From Lama glama (lineage: Eukaryota): a stretch of 64,000 nucleotides of DNA. Shown in pieces: positions 12,743-24,538 of the stretch; positions within the stretch are counted from its first letter, which is position 1; the number at the start of each line of letters is the position of its first letter. The stretch is taken from positions 42,906,001-42,970,000 of the forward strand of contig CM052816.1 in assembly GCA_028534125.1 (NCBI GenBank). Direction: 5' to 3'. The position numbers and the translations under genes were made by a program. The notes beneath the pieces were generated by a model. It had not been told where the DNA came from and made no database searches. It worked only from the letters and a program-made list of their open reading frames with translations.

Positions 12743-15227
12743 CTTATTTAAGGCTGGTCATGTGAATCATGACCAGTCTTAAAAGTGTAAAGGCAGTCTT
12801 AAAGGATATATAATGAAGTGCTGAAATGTGAAATGTGGCCTATGAGCTTTCAAGTTATGCAGATATGCAGAAGCAGCTTGGCAAGTTGGAAGGCAAGATA
12901 TACTGAGGGTGGAAAATAGGTTTCAGCACTTACCAGCCAAGGGTTTCAGTTCATTCTTCTTTAGACAGAGCTAATGGCCTACTTTGCTGTTTGGCTGTAA
13001 GTTCTGAGATGCCACATAGAAACATGTGGTGGGAGGCAGTGAGACCAGTGCTTACAACTGCACTGCAGCCCAGGCTCACAAGGTGCCCATGTGCACTCAC
13101 TCTTTGGTGTGCTGTTGGCTGGTGGCAGGACTGTGTCTAGAAAGAGCACGAGGAAACAGACCTAAGCCAGCAGAGGGCCCAGTGGCACAGGGCTGCCACG
13201 TCTGCTCAGATGCCAGCCCATGGTCCTGCCTTCAGGGTCAGCCTCAATGTTGTTGGTATTTGACACATTGAAGGAAGCCTTGCAGGGCAGCACCCTGTGC
13301 TATGTGAGTGTATTTGCCTACAACCACGGAACGTTAAGTGACAAATAAGTGAAGAACTGTAGTTATTTACTTTCTTTTAGTTCTTAAAATTTATTTTAAA
13401 ATTTATTTTATATTTAAGTAGAGAGTATTCCTTTTTGAAATTTATTCTCATGCCTGAGATTTACTATTGGGATTTATTATTATTATTGTTTATTAATGAT
13501 GCTTAATGAAGCCCCAAATGATGCTCTTTTAGTTCTATTTGCATGATCCCTACAAAATCAAGATAGCGCTTATATGTATATTTCCTATTTTGTCACCATA
13601 AGGAAAGAGAATATTATTTTCCAATTGACTTTTCTAAATCTGCGACTGGAATAAAATTCAACCCATGAACATTCTCGGTCTTCTAAGAGAGATTCCTGAT
13701 AAGACTGTTGTTCAAAGCATCAGATCATCGAAAAGTTTAAAAACTGAGGCTCTTCACTCATAGCAACCTTGAATTTAAAAAATTCACTGTTTCATTAGTG
13801 TATTATATCAGTGGGACTTATATATCTAAATTTAACTGGGAAAGGAAAGAAATGGCTGAATACCCCAGACTGTGCAGATGGAGTTACTAACCACAGCAGG
13901 AAGTATTCCCAGGGGGGCCTTTTCAGAGGGATATTTGGGCTTTCCACAAATCATTGATTTTGTAGCTGACAGCTGAATCTGAACAGATTTTCCGCAAACT
14001 CTGATTCTGTTTCTCGGCAGTTTGGTGTGGCATACACCAGCTGTGCTGCTGCTGGCAGACGCACTGGTACATGGTGCCTCTCACTTCCCTGCCTGTTCTG
14101 TTCTTGTGAATAGAGCGCTAAATTTACTCAGGAGATTCTGATAACCGTTTCGGTAACCTGTAATACTCAAGAGACAAAAATTTGAAAATTCAAACCCTTT
14201 TCTAGAACACAAAAGGGCATAACTGAAGAGAATTTTCATTTCTGTGAGATTTATTATGTGGCTATTTATGTCCTCAGGGCTTAGAGTCCTGTAGAGAAGA
14301 AGAGTGAAATAAATAAAGTGACAGTTCAGAGACTATTTTGCTGCCTCATGAAAATAATCCGTGAATATGTGTGTGGAGTGATGAAGTTGAAAATGTATTT
14401 TCTATAGTTTCTCCTTTGCTTGTTCCCAGCCACCCTGGCAGATGGCTTTCATGACTCTAGAAGCCTCCATTGCTGAGTTTTACACAGGCTGAATGCTATA
14501 GGTGGGTGAGGCAGCCAAGTCATGTTTTAAATAACCTATAACAGAAAGAGGCAGCCCAAGGCCAATGGGGTTGGGTCAGCACGGGGTCTGTGTAGAGGAT
14601 CCTGGAAAGGAGAGGACTCCAAATAGTAACCCGACCAAGAGGAGATTGGAGAAAGACACTGGTTGTGGATTTTTTCCAGGGACAAGTTACATAATACACG
14701 AGGCTAGCTCCCCATGTACAGTAACACCTTCACTAAAATAATAGGATTACTGATGTACCTTTTGTGACCGGCACTGAGATGGAGGCATTGAGGTTGCCAG
14801 TGTTCGTGAGTCCCTGTGTGAATACGGACATGGTAGAGTCCAGGTGACACAGGGAAAACATGCAGACTGCAGCAGCAAATCATTGTGATGGTGTGTGGAG
14901 CTCTTACAGCATTTTGTGGTGCTCTTGAGACACTTCTATTACCTTGCTATTCTTGGGGTTTGTGTGTTAGTTTTGTGAGTTCCCAGGGGAAAGAACACTC
15001 AGAGTTGGAAGATTGGGTGTTCAAGTTCTGCCTCTGCCACTTAATATCTTTGACCCCTCTGAAGTTTTCCAGAAGAGAGCTTCTTACTTGTCCTGTGGAG
15101 ATAATGACTCCAGCCCTACCGAGTTGGCTAAAGGGTATCAATTTACTTAATGTATCTGAAGTGCTTTATAACATCTGCAAGGGTTGTACACGTGTGTTCT
15201 TATTATAACTATTAGTAATGATTAGAT

Positions 15228-15682
15228 GGTGTTATGGGCTGAATTGTGCCCCTACAAAAAGATATGCTGAAGACCTCACTCCTAGTACTGCAGAATGTCA
15301 CCTCCTAGGTCCCTGCAGATGTGACTAGTTGTACTAGTTGACGTCATCCTGGGGTTGGTGGGCCCCTAATCCGATATGGCCTATGTCCTTATAAGAAGAT
15401 GGCCACATGGAGTGAGACACAAGGAGAACAGCCTGTGAAGACAGAGGCAGAGATTGGAGGGATGTGTCTACAAATCAAGCAACACCAGGGATTGCTGGCT
15501 GTCACCAGGAGCTAAGAGTGACGGATAGAACAGATTCTCCCTCAGAGGCCTTAGAAAGAACCAACCTGCTAACACTTTTATGTCAGACCTCTAACCTTCA
15601 GAATTGTGAGACAGCAAACATCTGCTATTTTAAGCCACCCAGTTTGTGGTACAGTATTATGGCGGCCACAGGACACTAACAC
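15228..15682 (+). mobile_element. MaLR solo LTR (MLT1B/C-like)
   Basis: tgttatgggctgaattgtgccc...gaagacagaggcagagattggag...tttaagccacccagtttgtggtac...cactaacaca, with TG..CA ends. Confidence 0.88.
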
Positions 15683-16750
15683 AGATGGTAAATGGTTTGT
15701 GGGGCACGTCTAGCCCAAGAGACGTTTAAGGAATTTATTATTACACTCTTCTATTTCTACATAATGCTTATAGTAACATATCACTTTCATAAGCATTATC
15801 TCATTTCTTCCCGTTAGTCCTGGGCATAAGTAAAATTGTTCTCAGTGTTTAGAAAGTGAAGGTTGAAGATTATCTGTAACTCAGCTGGGAAATTTTAACC
15901 TTCTCCTTTGACTCTTTTTCCTACATCACAGCAGCTTTGTTTAGACCAATTAGTTTAGACCTCCTGTTATATTTGTTTTTCTCAGAGAGATAAAATATAT
16001 TTATTTCTCTGTGTATAAATATAACTATATATTCAAGATACATTTATATAAAGTTATATATGTAACTATGAACCATGTATGTACATATATATAAATGTAT
16101 TCTTCTGCATATATAAATATATATTCAAGATACACATTTATATAGTTATATATAACATATTTATATATATATATATTTCTCTACATATGTAAAACTTGCT
16201 CCCAACATTATGTAATTTTTCACCCCAGTTACCTTTCCTCTCACATCTCTCTGTGGAATCCTAAGGGTCTTCCTTGTGGCCCAGAGGTTGGAGGGGCTCC
16301 CTCTCTGCTCTGGAGAACTGAGACTGGCCTCAGCCTGACCTCAGCACAGTTGTCACACTTGAGCAGAAGCTCTCAGGTGCGGCAAGAATCCAGAGAGCCT
16401 CTTGGGGCAGGAGGAACTGAGCTTCAGGTGGGCAGCTCCTGCCCTGACTGATATGGGAGTGCTGTGGGTAATGCCCAGTTCCGGTAGCTGTGTCCACCCA
16501 AAGCCAGAGTCTTGCCCATCACAGGTGGAGGACAGTGAGATGATACTAGAGAGAGAATAAAAGACTACCCTGGGGCTGATGGCGGTGTCTGCCAGGCTCA
16601 GCTAAGCAGCTAAGATACTTTGAGTCCAGGCTGCCAACACCCTACAGAGGGACACTCATGAAGGAAGATCAGATATGGCTGCATTCACATCTTCCATGCT
16701 GCAAGGAATGGGCTGGAGGTGAACATGTCCCAGGATTCCCAAGATGTCCC

Positions 16751-16753
<3 letters not shown>

Positions 16754-16809
<56 letters not shown>
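16754..16809. repeat. (GT)28 microsatellite
   Basis: Uninterrupted 56-nt GT run. Confidence 0.98.
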
Positions 16810-16812
<3 letters not shown>

Positions 16813-16839
16813 TAAGATAGCTGATGTGGGATGTGGATA

Positions 16840-17020
16840 GTGAGTGGTTAAGAAAATAGGATTTGCAGTAACATAAACAGTGTGGGAATCTTGGTCATAG
16901 TATTGTGTGACTTTGGGCAAGTATTTGACTCCTCTGAACCCCAGGGTCTTCACATGTGAAATAGTGACACTATCCACCTCTTAGGGCTATTGTGAGGATT
17001 AAATGAGTTGATTAACATAG
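16840..17020 (+). mobile_element. MIR SINE
   Basis: tgtgactttgggcaagtatttgactcctctgaacccc...ttgtgaggattaaatgag (MIR core). Confidence 0.75.
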
Positions 17021-17689
17021 ATTAAGAGGTGAAAGCTTTATAATGAATATTGTCAGTGAGGCCAGAGAACTGTGCAGGGTAGGAGAGGTTCTGCCAGGTA
17101 ATAAAAAACTTGCTAACAACCCAGAGTGCCCCAGGTTCTTTTTTTTTTTTTCCTTAAGCTATGCAGACTATTTTGAGCTTTCTCACCAGGAGCTAGTTGC
17201 CCTCAGAGACAGATATGATACTGCAAAATAAAACCCGAAAGATCTCCAACCTATCATGTCCTGGCCCACAGAAAGCTCAGCCAGCAGTGTTTTGTCTTCT
17301 TTTTTCGTGTCTGTAATGTGAATATCTGTCTTCATCACGTAGTAACAAAAGCAATGCATCATGGGATAATAAAATGTCTGCCATGGTGCTAAAAAAAAAA
17401 ACTTGAAAATAAATACTTTCCAGACCCTGAATGTCCTATTCTACTTAAAAGTAGCAATCATTAATCATTTATTATTTTGCCCATTTGGCTTACTGATAGT
17501 TTTATGGATCCAAATCTTCAATACCATTCTTTGGCTGTCAGTCAGACCCCTATCTTCCCAAAAGGCACTCCTGAGAGAATTCCTGAGATATATATTGGCT
17601 TTAGCCCAGCCTGGACAACTCCTCAGTACCAAACAACTTCATTTTCTTGGCTCAGATAGCGTTGTGGTTCGGGTTGATACCTCCCTCCT

Positions 17690-18000
17690 TTCTATACCGG
17701 CCATCTTTGCCCCGTGCTGTTTCTGCTGCACCACAGCAATGTTCCTACCTTAGCAACTTTGCTCTTGCCTGATGCATCCATGTGGCCCACTCTCTCATCT
17801 CCTGGTTTCTGCTCAGGTGCTAACTTCTCAATGAGGCTTACCCTGGCCAGACTGTCTAACAGTGTATATCTCTTCCTCTTGCTGGAACAAAAACTCCATG
17901 AGGGCAGGGTCATTGTTCACTGAAGACTCTCCAAGGGCCTAGCATAGTGCCTGGAGTGTAGGAGATGGTCAGTAAATACTTGTTAAGTGAATAAATGATA
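17690..18000 (+). mobile_element. LINE-2 3' fragment
   Basis: aactccatgagggcaggg...gcctagcatagtgcctgg...cagtaaatacttgttaagtgaataaatga. Confidence 0.7.
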
Positions 18001-19046
18001 ATGACCAGTTTTTGAAGACCAAAGAATCTAAGGGATGGAAGAGACCTTAGAAATTATTTGATTCAGTAGTGAGAAACTTACTCTTCTTTTTTTTGGCAGG
18101 GGGAGGGTCAGTTGAAGCAAAATTAAAAGAGATTTATAGGCAGAATTTGTTTTCCACTCACAACTGAATCCTGTGGGGGAATAATGTATGTTCTTAAGCC
18201 TTAATCATTTACTTTATTACATACAAGAGTGTTTATGAGTGTAAATTGTGAGACATAGCAAGTTAGTGGTGACTCTAATCTGTATTCTGGAAATGAGTTC
18301 TGGAGCTTATCCTGAACAGAGAGCCCTTGGGACACAGGCTGCTCATCATCCATCACTTAAAACCCCACCTCATTTTACAGAGGAGGCAGAGATTTTTCTC
18401 AAGGTCACATAGCTGATTACAGGCAGATTCAAGAGTAGACCAGGTGCCTGGGCTCCCTGCAATGCTCCTACCAGCAGAAGAAAAAGAAAAATAAGAAAAA
18501 AAGGCTTTGGTGCTTTTCTGCTTGATTAGGCTTAAATGAGCATTGAATACACTGTCAGGAAATCAGTGGACGTCTGCTCACTGTGAATCTATGAACACAT
18601 TCGGAAATCAGAATTATTTACTGCCTTTAATATAATGTCACCATAATTGTCCTAGAAATGATTGCAAGCATTCCGCCTCCCCCTGCCGCATGGATTATTA
18701 ATATGACTTAACATTTAGCGAGTACTAATAGTGTGTGGGTGTTGCTCCAACTGCCTGCGGCTGAGAAGGGCCCTGTACACACTCAGTCTGCCTGTCATTT
18801 TAATGTGCTTCTCTCTAGCCAAACCTCACTCACTGGAGAGGCATTACCTCTTTTGTTGCTAGATTTTTACTTTTTTCAGTTGTTTTTATTATTAGTTTTA
18901 GTATTACATATGCCTTATAAATCTATATGATTCATAAGGCAGAGCCTCTGAGAATACTGACTTTTACTTGTGTGAGATCCCTGTTGTCTATCAATATGTT
19001 TATTGCCATTCAATGAGTATTATGACTTGAAGGATGAAGTTATTTT

Positions 19047-19159
19047 AAAAATTACTGTCTTTTTTTTTATATTTGCAACAAATATATTTTATTTATTTAT
19101 TTTTAACATTTTAACATTTTTATTGATTTATAATCATTTTACAAAAAATTACTGTCTTT
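19047..19159 (-). mobile_element. Ultra-short retroposed insertion (L1 3' tip plus tail) with 16-bp TSD
   Basis: Direct repeat aaaaattactgtcttt at 19047-19062 and 19144-19159 flanks an 81-nt T-rich insert ending in ttttaacatttttattgatttataatcattttaca. Confidence 0.8.
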
Positions 19160-21047
19160 ATGTTTACTTTGTTGGATTCAGCATGTCAGTTCAACATACC
19201 TGTACTGACGATTGAAATGCCCAAATGCCATTATGCTTTTCCAATTAATTAGCTACTTAAGAGTCTACTGCTCTTAGGAGGAGCCCTAAAGATTCAATTG
19301 TTCCACCATTACTCTCCATTAAATCTGTCAACTGCAGTTCCTTAGAATAGACATACAGTGCGTCATGGCAGGCAACTGTAGGGGTATCAAAAAGCATTAA
19401 GGTCAGAGAGTTCTTCCTTTAGGGAGTTTGCAGCCTGCTCTGGGAGATTAGAGGGGAGCAACCAAAAGAAAGTCAGCCATCTCAGGCGGTACATTGAAAG
19501 TTCGGATATGTGACTTAGACAGCAGGGGAAGGGATGAAGAAGTTCAAGGTAGAAATGAATGTTGGGGTCAGATAATCTTCATCATACTTTTGCTTTGAAT
19601 TATGGCATACTTCTTTCCCTATATCTTAATTTTAGTTTCTTTGGAACCCAAGAAATGGCATGAATTTCTTTGGATTTTTTTTATAATTTGTTGTCATTAT
19701 CTAGGAATTTTTTCTTATCTCCTCTGATGTAAATCATTAGCCTGGGCTAAAGAAATCCGCTTGGGTTCCTATCGAAATCTAACATATTAGAAGAATGATT
19801 TCTATTTTCCATTAGTTATGTGAAGAGTCAGGTGGGAACAGATCTCCATGTTCTCCTTGGATGGCAAGATAAGCTAATATATCCATTTATGATAATTATT
19901 TTTTGTGCATACCACATTCACTGTCCTTAACTAAGGGAAAATGACATCTGTCCAAATGTCATATTTTTAAACATTAAAAAAAGTTTCCTCTTGTTTGGTT
20001 CCATTTTCTCTAAGTTATAGTCTCATTGTCACATAAGCAGATAAAAATTATGGGTAGCATGAAAAGAGGGGCTAATATACTGTGGTTGAACTGTTTGGAA
20101 TGCATTAAATTCAGTTGGCTAAGGAACTGTAAACATAATGTAATATGAGTGATTTTTAACATTTTCCCATCTTCATTTTTAAAGGTAATTAAAAAAAAAA
20201 GAAAATCCAGTATTTAGATTTTTCTCTTCATGTTGATTCATTTCTTTTGTTCGGTTATTTTTTTTTCCTATGGTCGTGATGTACATGTTAGAATCAATTA
20301 TTTTAAAGGTATGATGGGTCTTAGTTTCTAGTTCAACCTCCTCCTTTGGCAAATGAGAGAACAAAGCCCAGAGACATATGGGACTGACTGAGGTCACACA
20401 GAAACTTAGTAGAAGGCCTGAGACTAAATTCCAGGTGCCCTGAAAACATTAATGGACACATCAGACCAAACCCTTCTTTGACATACTCAAATAGAAACTC
20501 AAACTAATATGCATTGCCCTGTGATCTCGCCTTTACAAAGAGGAATTCTGGGACCTTTTGGATGATGCCCATGTACCAATTGTATGTTATATTTCCAAGT
20601 CCCCAGAGTTGTCCCTCTTCTGTAGCCTTTCCCTGGATGAGCTCCAGGTGTGGCACTGTAAACAGCAGAGACAAAATGTCCTACATTTCAAAATTTCTGA
20701 GTTTTTAGCATGAAATGTTAACATATTTATTTGATTTATTTTGAAAGTCACAGTTAACTATAGCTGATCTTGTCATATGTCATTCATTGCCTACACTGTG
20801 TTACTTTATTCATAAATCTATAGGAACCTTCAAAGGTTATTTTAAAGAGGAAGAGTAAAATTGGCTTGTTCTGTCAATCAGAAAGGAAAAAGAGAGGTTT
20901 GTCTTGCTGAGATGGTTTAGTGAAGTCCATCTGAAAGCAGAGAATTAGTTTAAATGAACTCAAAGTTATCTCATTCAGGCACTTGAATCTCTAACTAAAT
21001 CAACGAGTACGCTAAATAGTTAAAGCTGTTATAATTTACAGACTTAC

Positions 21048-21112
21048 TTGTCAACATATTCAACTAGATCTGTAGAATTCTTGGTTGACATTTTGGCTGG
21101 AGATAATGTTAC
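21048..21112 (-). CDS. FAM81B: FAM81B coding exon 3 (65 nt)
   Basis: ctttattttag|GTA ACA TTA TCT CCA GCC AAA ATG TCA ACC AAG AAT TCT ACA GAT CTA GTT GAA TAT GTT GAC AA|gtaagt. Encodes VTLSPAKMSTKNSTDLVEYVD(K). Confidence 0.93.
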
Positions 21113-22507
21113 CTAAAATAAAGATCACAGGTTTAAAATGTATCAGCTACTTTACAGAGAAATCTTATCCACCTTATTCTTATACAAATGTTTTAATTTA
21201 AAACAAAATATATGCTATAGATTACAGATCATCAACCCAGTTAATCTTGCACATGCCTCATGTGTACTGCTAGAGACTAAAACCAAAGTCAAGTTCTGGG
21301 AAGATTCTAGAGAGTTTCATTTCATAGATTTGATATCACAGTTAAACAAAAACTTTCTGGAAAAGCCAAAGCCATAAATTATTCTCAGATAATTTAAAAA
21401 TGAAATATCAAATGATTATTGGCTGTGTTACTAAAGATGTCCTCAAACAGTGACAGTATTGACATGGTGAATTCTGAGGGGGATCTGCTAATTTTCTAAA
21501 ACAAAGCCAGAACCTAGAAAACTAGTCTCTTCAAGTAATTTTGTTTTCTAAGAAACTTGGATGTCAGATTATTAGAGTCAATGAGAAATAAAAGTACAGA
21601 ACACATGTACGTAACTTCTAGTAGTAAACATAGCTGGCCATATGAACACTTAACTAATTCAAGAAAATGGCACTACCAGAAAGTTCTATTTGCATGAAAA
21701 TTCATACTTTTGCAGCATTTCTAGGAGGAAAGAGGATACCAAATGTATTCCCTGTTTTGCTTATGCTGAAAATGTTTTAAGCTCTAATTTTTTTTTAAGT
21801 TTAAAGAAGCAGGACACAGATTTATCCTAGTTTTAATAGCCCATCATTGAATTGGATTCAGTAGGAAGAGTATGAATTGTATTCCACCTCAGTTAAAAAC
21901 TTAAACAAAATATGTTCCTAGGGTATTTTTTCTTAGTTTATATTATTTTAGACTATAATGGTGGGTAGAGTATGTTAAGACACACTACAAAAGTCATTCC
22001 CTTTGCAAACATCTTAGGAACTACCACATTTTACTTCTTAATTTAGGGCTAAGAAACTTAATTAGAAATCTCTCTTCTCCAATAAAACAAACAAACAAAA
22101 AAATCAGGTACGTTTATTTTGAAGGAAGCTACAGTAGTCAGGCTTTATGACCCAGCCCACTTGGTGGTGGGCAACCAGAAAAAGCTCGAGAATGGAGCGA
22201 GTTGCCATGATTCTTCTTTAGACCCTCTCTCACCATTGCTAAGTGGGGTTTTGCAATGGGTCTGAGGCTCCGAAGCCAGGCGTTCCCCTAGGGAATGGAT
22301 ATACAAATCCACTGGGCGCCCAGATGTCCATGATATGGAAACCATCCTAATTCCCTAGAGAACATAGTTGGTCTTTGCCCTGGTTCGTGTTTTCACTCCA
22401 GATTCCAACTGGAACAGTACTGTGCCCTGGGCTCCTCACCTACTTGCGGCCAGATCTTTCTTTCTCACCTCTCCACTGCTATACTCCGGCCTGTGGGAGA
22501 TTGTGGA

Positions 22508-22521
22508 ATTGCCTTAGCAAC
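22508..22521. promoter_or_regulatory. X-box (RFX)-like motif in FAM81B intron 2
   Basis: ATTGCCTTAGCAAC, one mismatch from GTTGCC-NN-RGCAAC. Confidence 0.4.
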
Positions 22522-24006
22522 TGGCTGGTCCCTGGTCTTGTACATTGGCACCTAGTAGTCCTTTGTGAGTACTTGTGGAATGAAAGCTTGTGATGAATAT
22601 CTTGTCCAAGGACACTAAATTACTGGGTCATTGTCTTCCCTTCTCCTGCTGGAGGGAAACAGTTAGATATATATCTGCTTTGTTTTTACTTTGTTCAGTT
22701 TTAAGTTTTGTTTGCAAGACTGTAAGTAGTATACTCTTAAAAACACACATACAACTCACATACTTTTAAATTAACAAATGTTAAACCTGACAATGGAGGG
22801 ACATTTGGAAAAACATAGAGAAGTGAAAGATAAAGAAAAAATTCTCACTTATAATTCTACTATCTAGAGCAAAGCTGTTAACATTGTGGCATATTTATTT
22901 CCTCTTTTCTCTGGGCAATTTTTTAAGTACCTAGGACTAAATTTTTATATTTTTGATAATTGAATATAGGAGTCAGCTGTTTCATCCCTATTCCTACAGA
23001 CTAAATGTAATTATATCAAAATTGTCTCACAGACAACTTTGTGATTATTTTGGAACTTTTTACATGTGTTAGTTTTCATCTGTTTCATCATAATGCTTTG
23101 TGGCTTAATGGACTTTAAAATACTTTCACATGCATGATGGGATTTCATTCCTGAAACAGCCCTGTAGGGTGGGAATCATTACCTCTACCTTATGGGTAAC
23201 AACAGTTACCTTAAGTAACCGAAATTCTTCTTTATTAAAGGAAGGCTTCAAGGTGATTATTTTTATAGGTGAGGAATCTGAGGATTTGAGAAGCAAGGAG
23301 CTTGCTCACAATCATACAGATGTTGATAATATGATGACAGTAATCAGACTGAGTCTTTTCTTCCTAAGTCCTTTACCTTAGTGGCTCATTCAAACTCCAC
23401 ATCTTGGTATGATAGGTCTAATTAACACATTTCACGGAACAGGAAACAGAGAGGTTAAGTAATTGCCCAAAGTCTTGCAGCCAAATACGTGGTACAGCCA
23501 ATAGATAGCAAAGATCAGTGTTTGACTTTATGTTAGCTTTCCAGTGCTCTTCTGGTCACAAGAGGCTGTATCCACTGGTCAGGTGTTTGAGACTTACAAA
23601 GCCTAAAAACACTGCTTCTTTGAATTAATGGGGCATATATGACAGGTACATACCAATAAAAACTTGTATTTAGCTATTGTCTTTCCATGTTAAAGATAAC
23701 ATCTACACTTTGAGTTTATTATAGTGCCTTTTGAATCTTCACAAAAATAGTCATCAAATTTTTGTTAATTTTTAGCCCCACATATTAAAAGTCAGTCCAG
23801 TGAATGTATTCACAAATTGAGATCCTTTTTCTTTGCGGCCTGTGCCAGCATTAGTCACTTTGTCAAAGCAGAACAAACAGGAAATGAGGGAGAATGAAAA
23901 GAAAGCAACTCTTCCAGGACTCCTTAGATCTCTCTAAGCAACATTAAGCTTTAAAGAAGCTGAGCAAAATATTCTATTTTTAACATGAATATCGAAAAGT
24001 ACTTGC

Positions 24007-24104
24007 TTTCTTCTCTTGGTCACTGGCTGAGCCAGGAAGGGGGCCATCAGGTTCATCCGGCTGTTCCTCTGCAGTCAGGGAGGCACTTTTGTTGACATCT
24101 GTAT
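24007..24104 (-). CDS. FAM81B: FAM81B coding exon 2 (98 nt), ends in a GC donor
   Basis: ggttgcctag|AT ACA GAT GTC AAC AAA AGT...GAC CAA GAG AAG AAA|gcaagt. Encodes (D)TDVNKSASLTAEEQPDEPDGPLPGSASDQEKK; 1+98 nt restores phase 0. Confidence 0.88.
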
Positions 24105-24113
24105 CTAGGCAAC
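24101..24113. promoter_or_regulatory. X-box-like motif overlapping the exon 2 splice acceptor
   Basis: GTATCTAGGCAAC (minus strand GTTGCCTAGATAC). Confidence 0.35.
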
Positions 24114-24528
24114 CAGAATGCAGAATCAGATCAGGAACCACAGCAAGTGAATTTTTGCAGTGGTGGTAATTTTTAAATTTTTTTGAATTGAGGGCAGTTT
24201 CTGTGCATATAGCAAAGTTTAAAGGGAGACTTCCAATTTGTTTTGCACTTCTTCCTTTCCCTCCTTCTCTACCCCAGACCTCTAGCAGGTCCCCATCTCA
24301 CCTCAGTCAGCTAGAATAGCTTATCACCTCAGGTGCTTCCATGAGACAGTCAGGAAGCTTTGTCGAGATGCCCTCATTTAGACCAAGGAAGTGATTTCAC
24401 ACCCTATTGTGCCCAAGCCATCTGAGGATCTTCTTTGGGATTTATTACCTTATTTTTATGTAATGAGAAATATAAGCTAGCAAAGTAGGAGAAATTTAGA
24501 GACCTTGAATAATCCATAAGATAAATAC

Positions 24529-24538
24529 CTGAACTCAT
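24529..24538 (-). CDS. FAM81B: FAM81B coding exon 1 (ATG AGT TCA G), phase-1 donor
   Basis: Minus strand reads ...AAGCGTC ATG AGT TCA G|gtattt. The in-frame upstream sequence KIRSTKNKLRKSSVMSS resembles recalled human KNIKSTKNKAGKASIMSS, and the phase fits exon 2. Confidence 0.75.
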
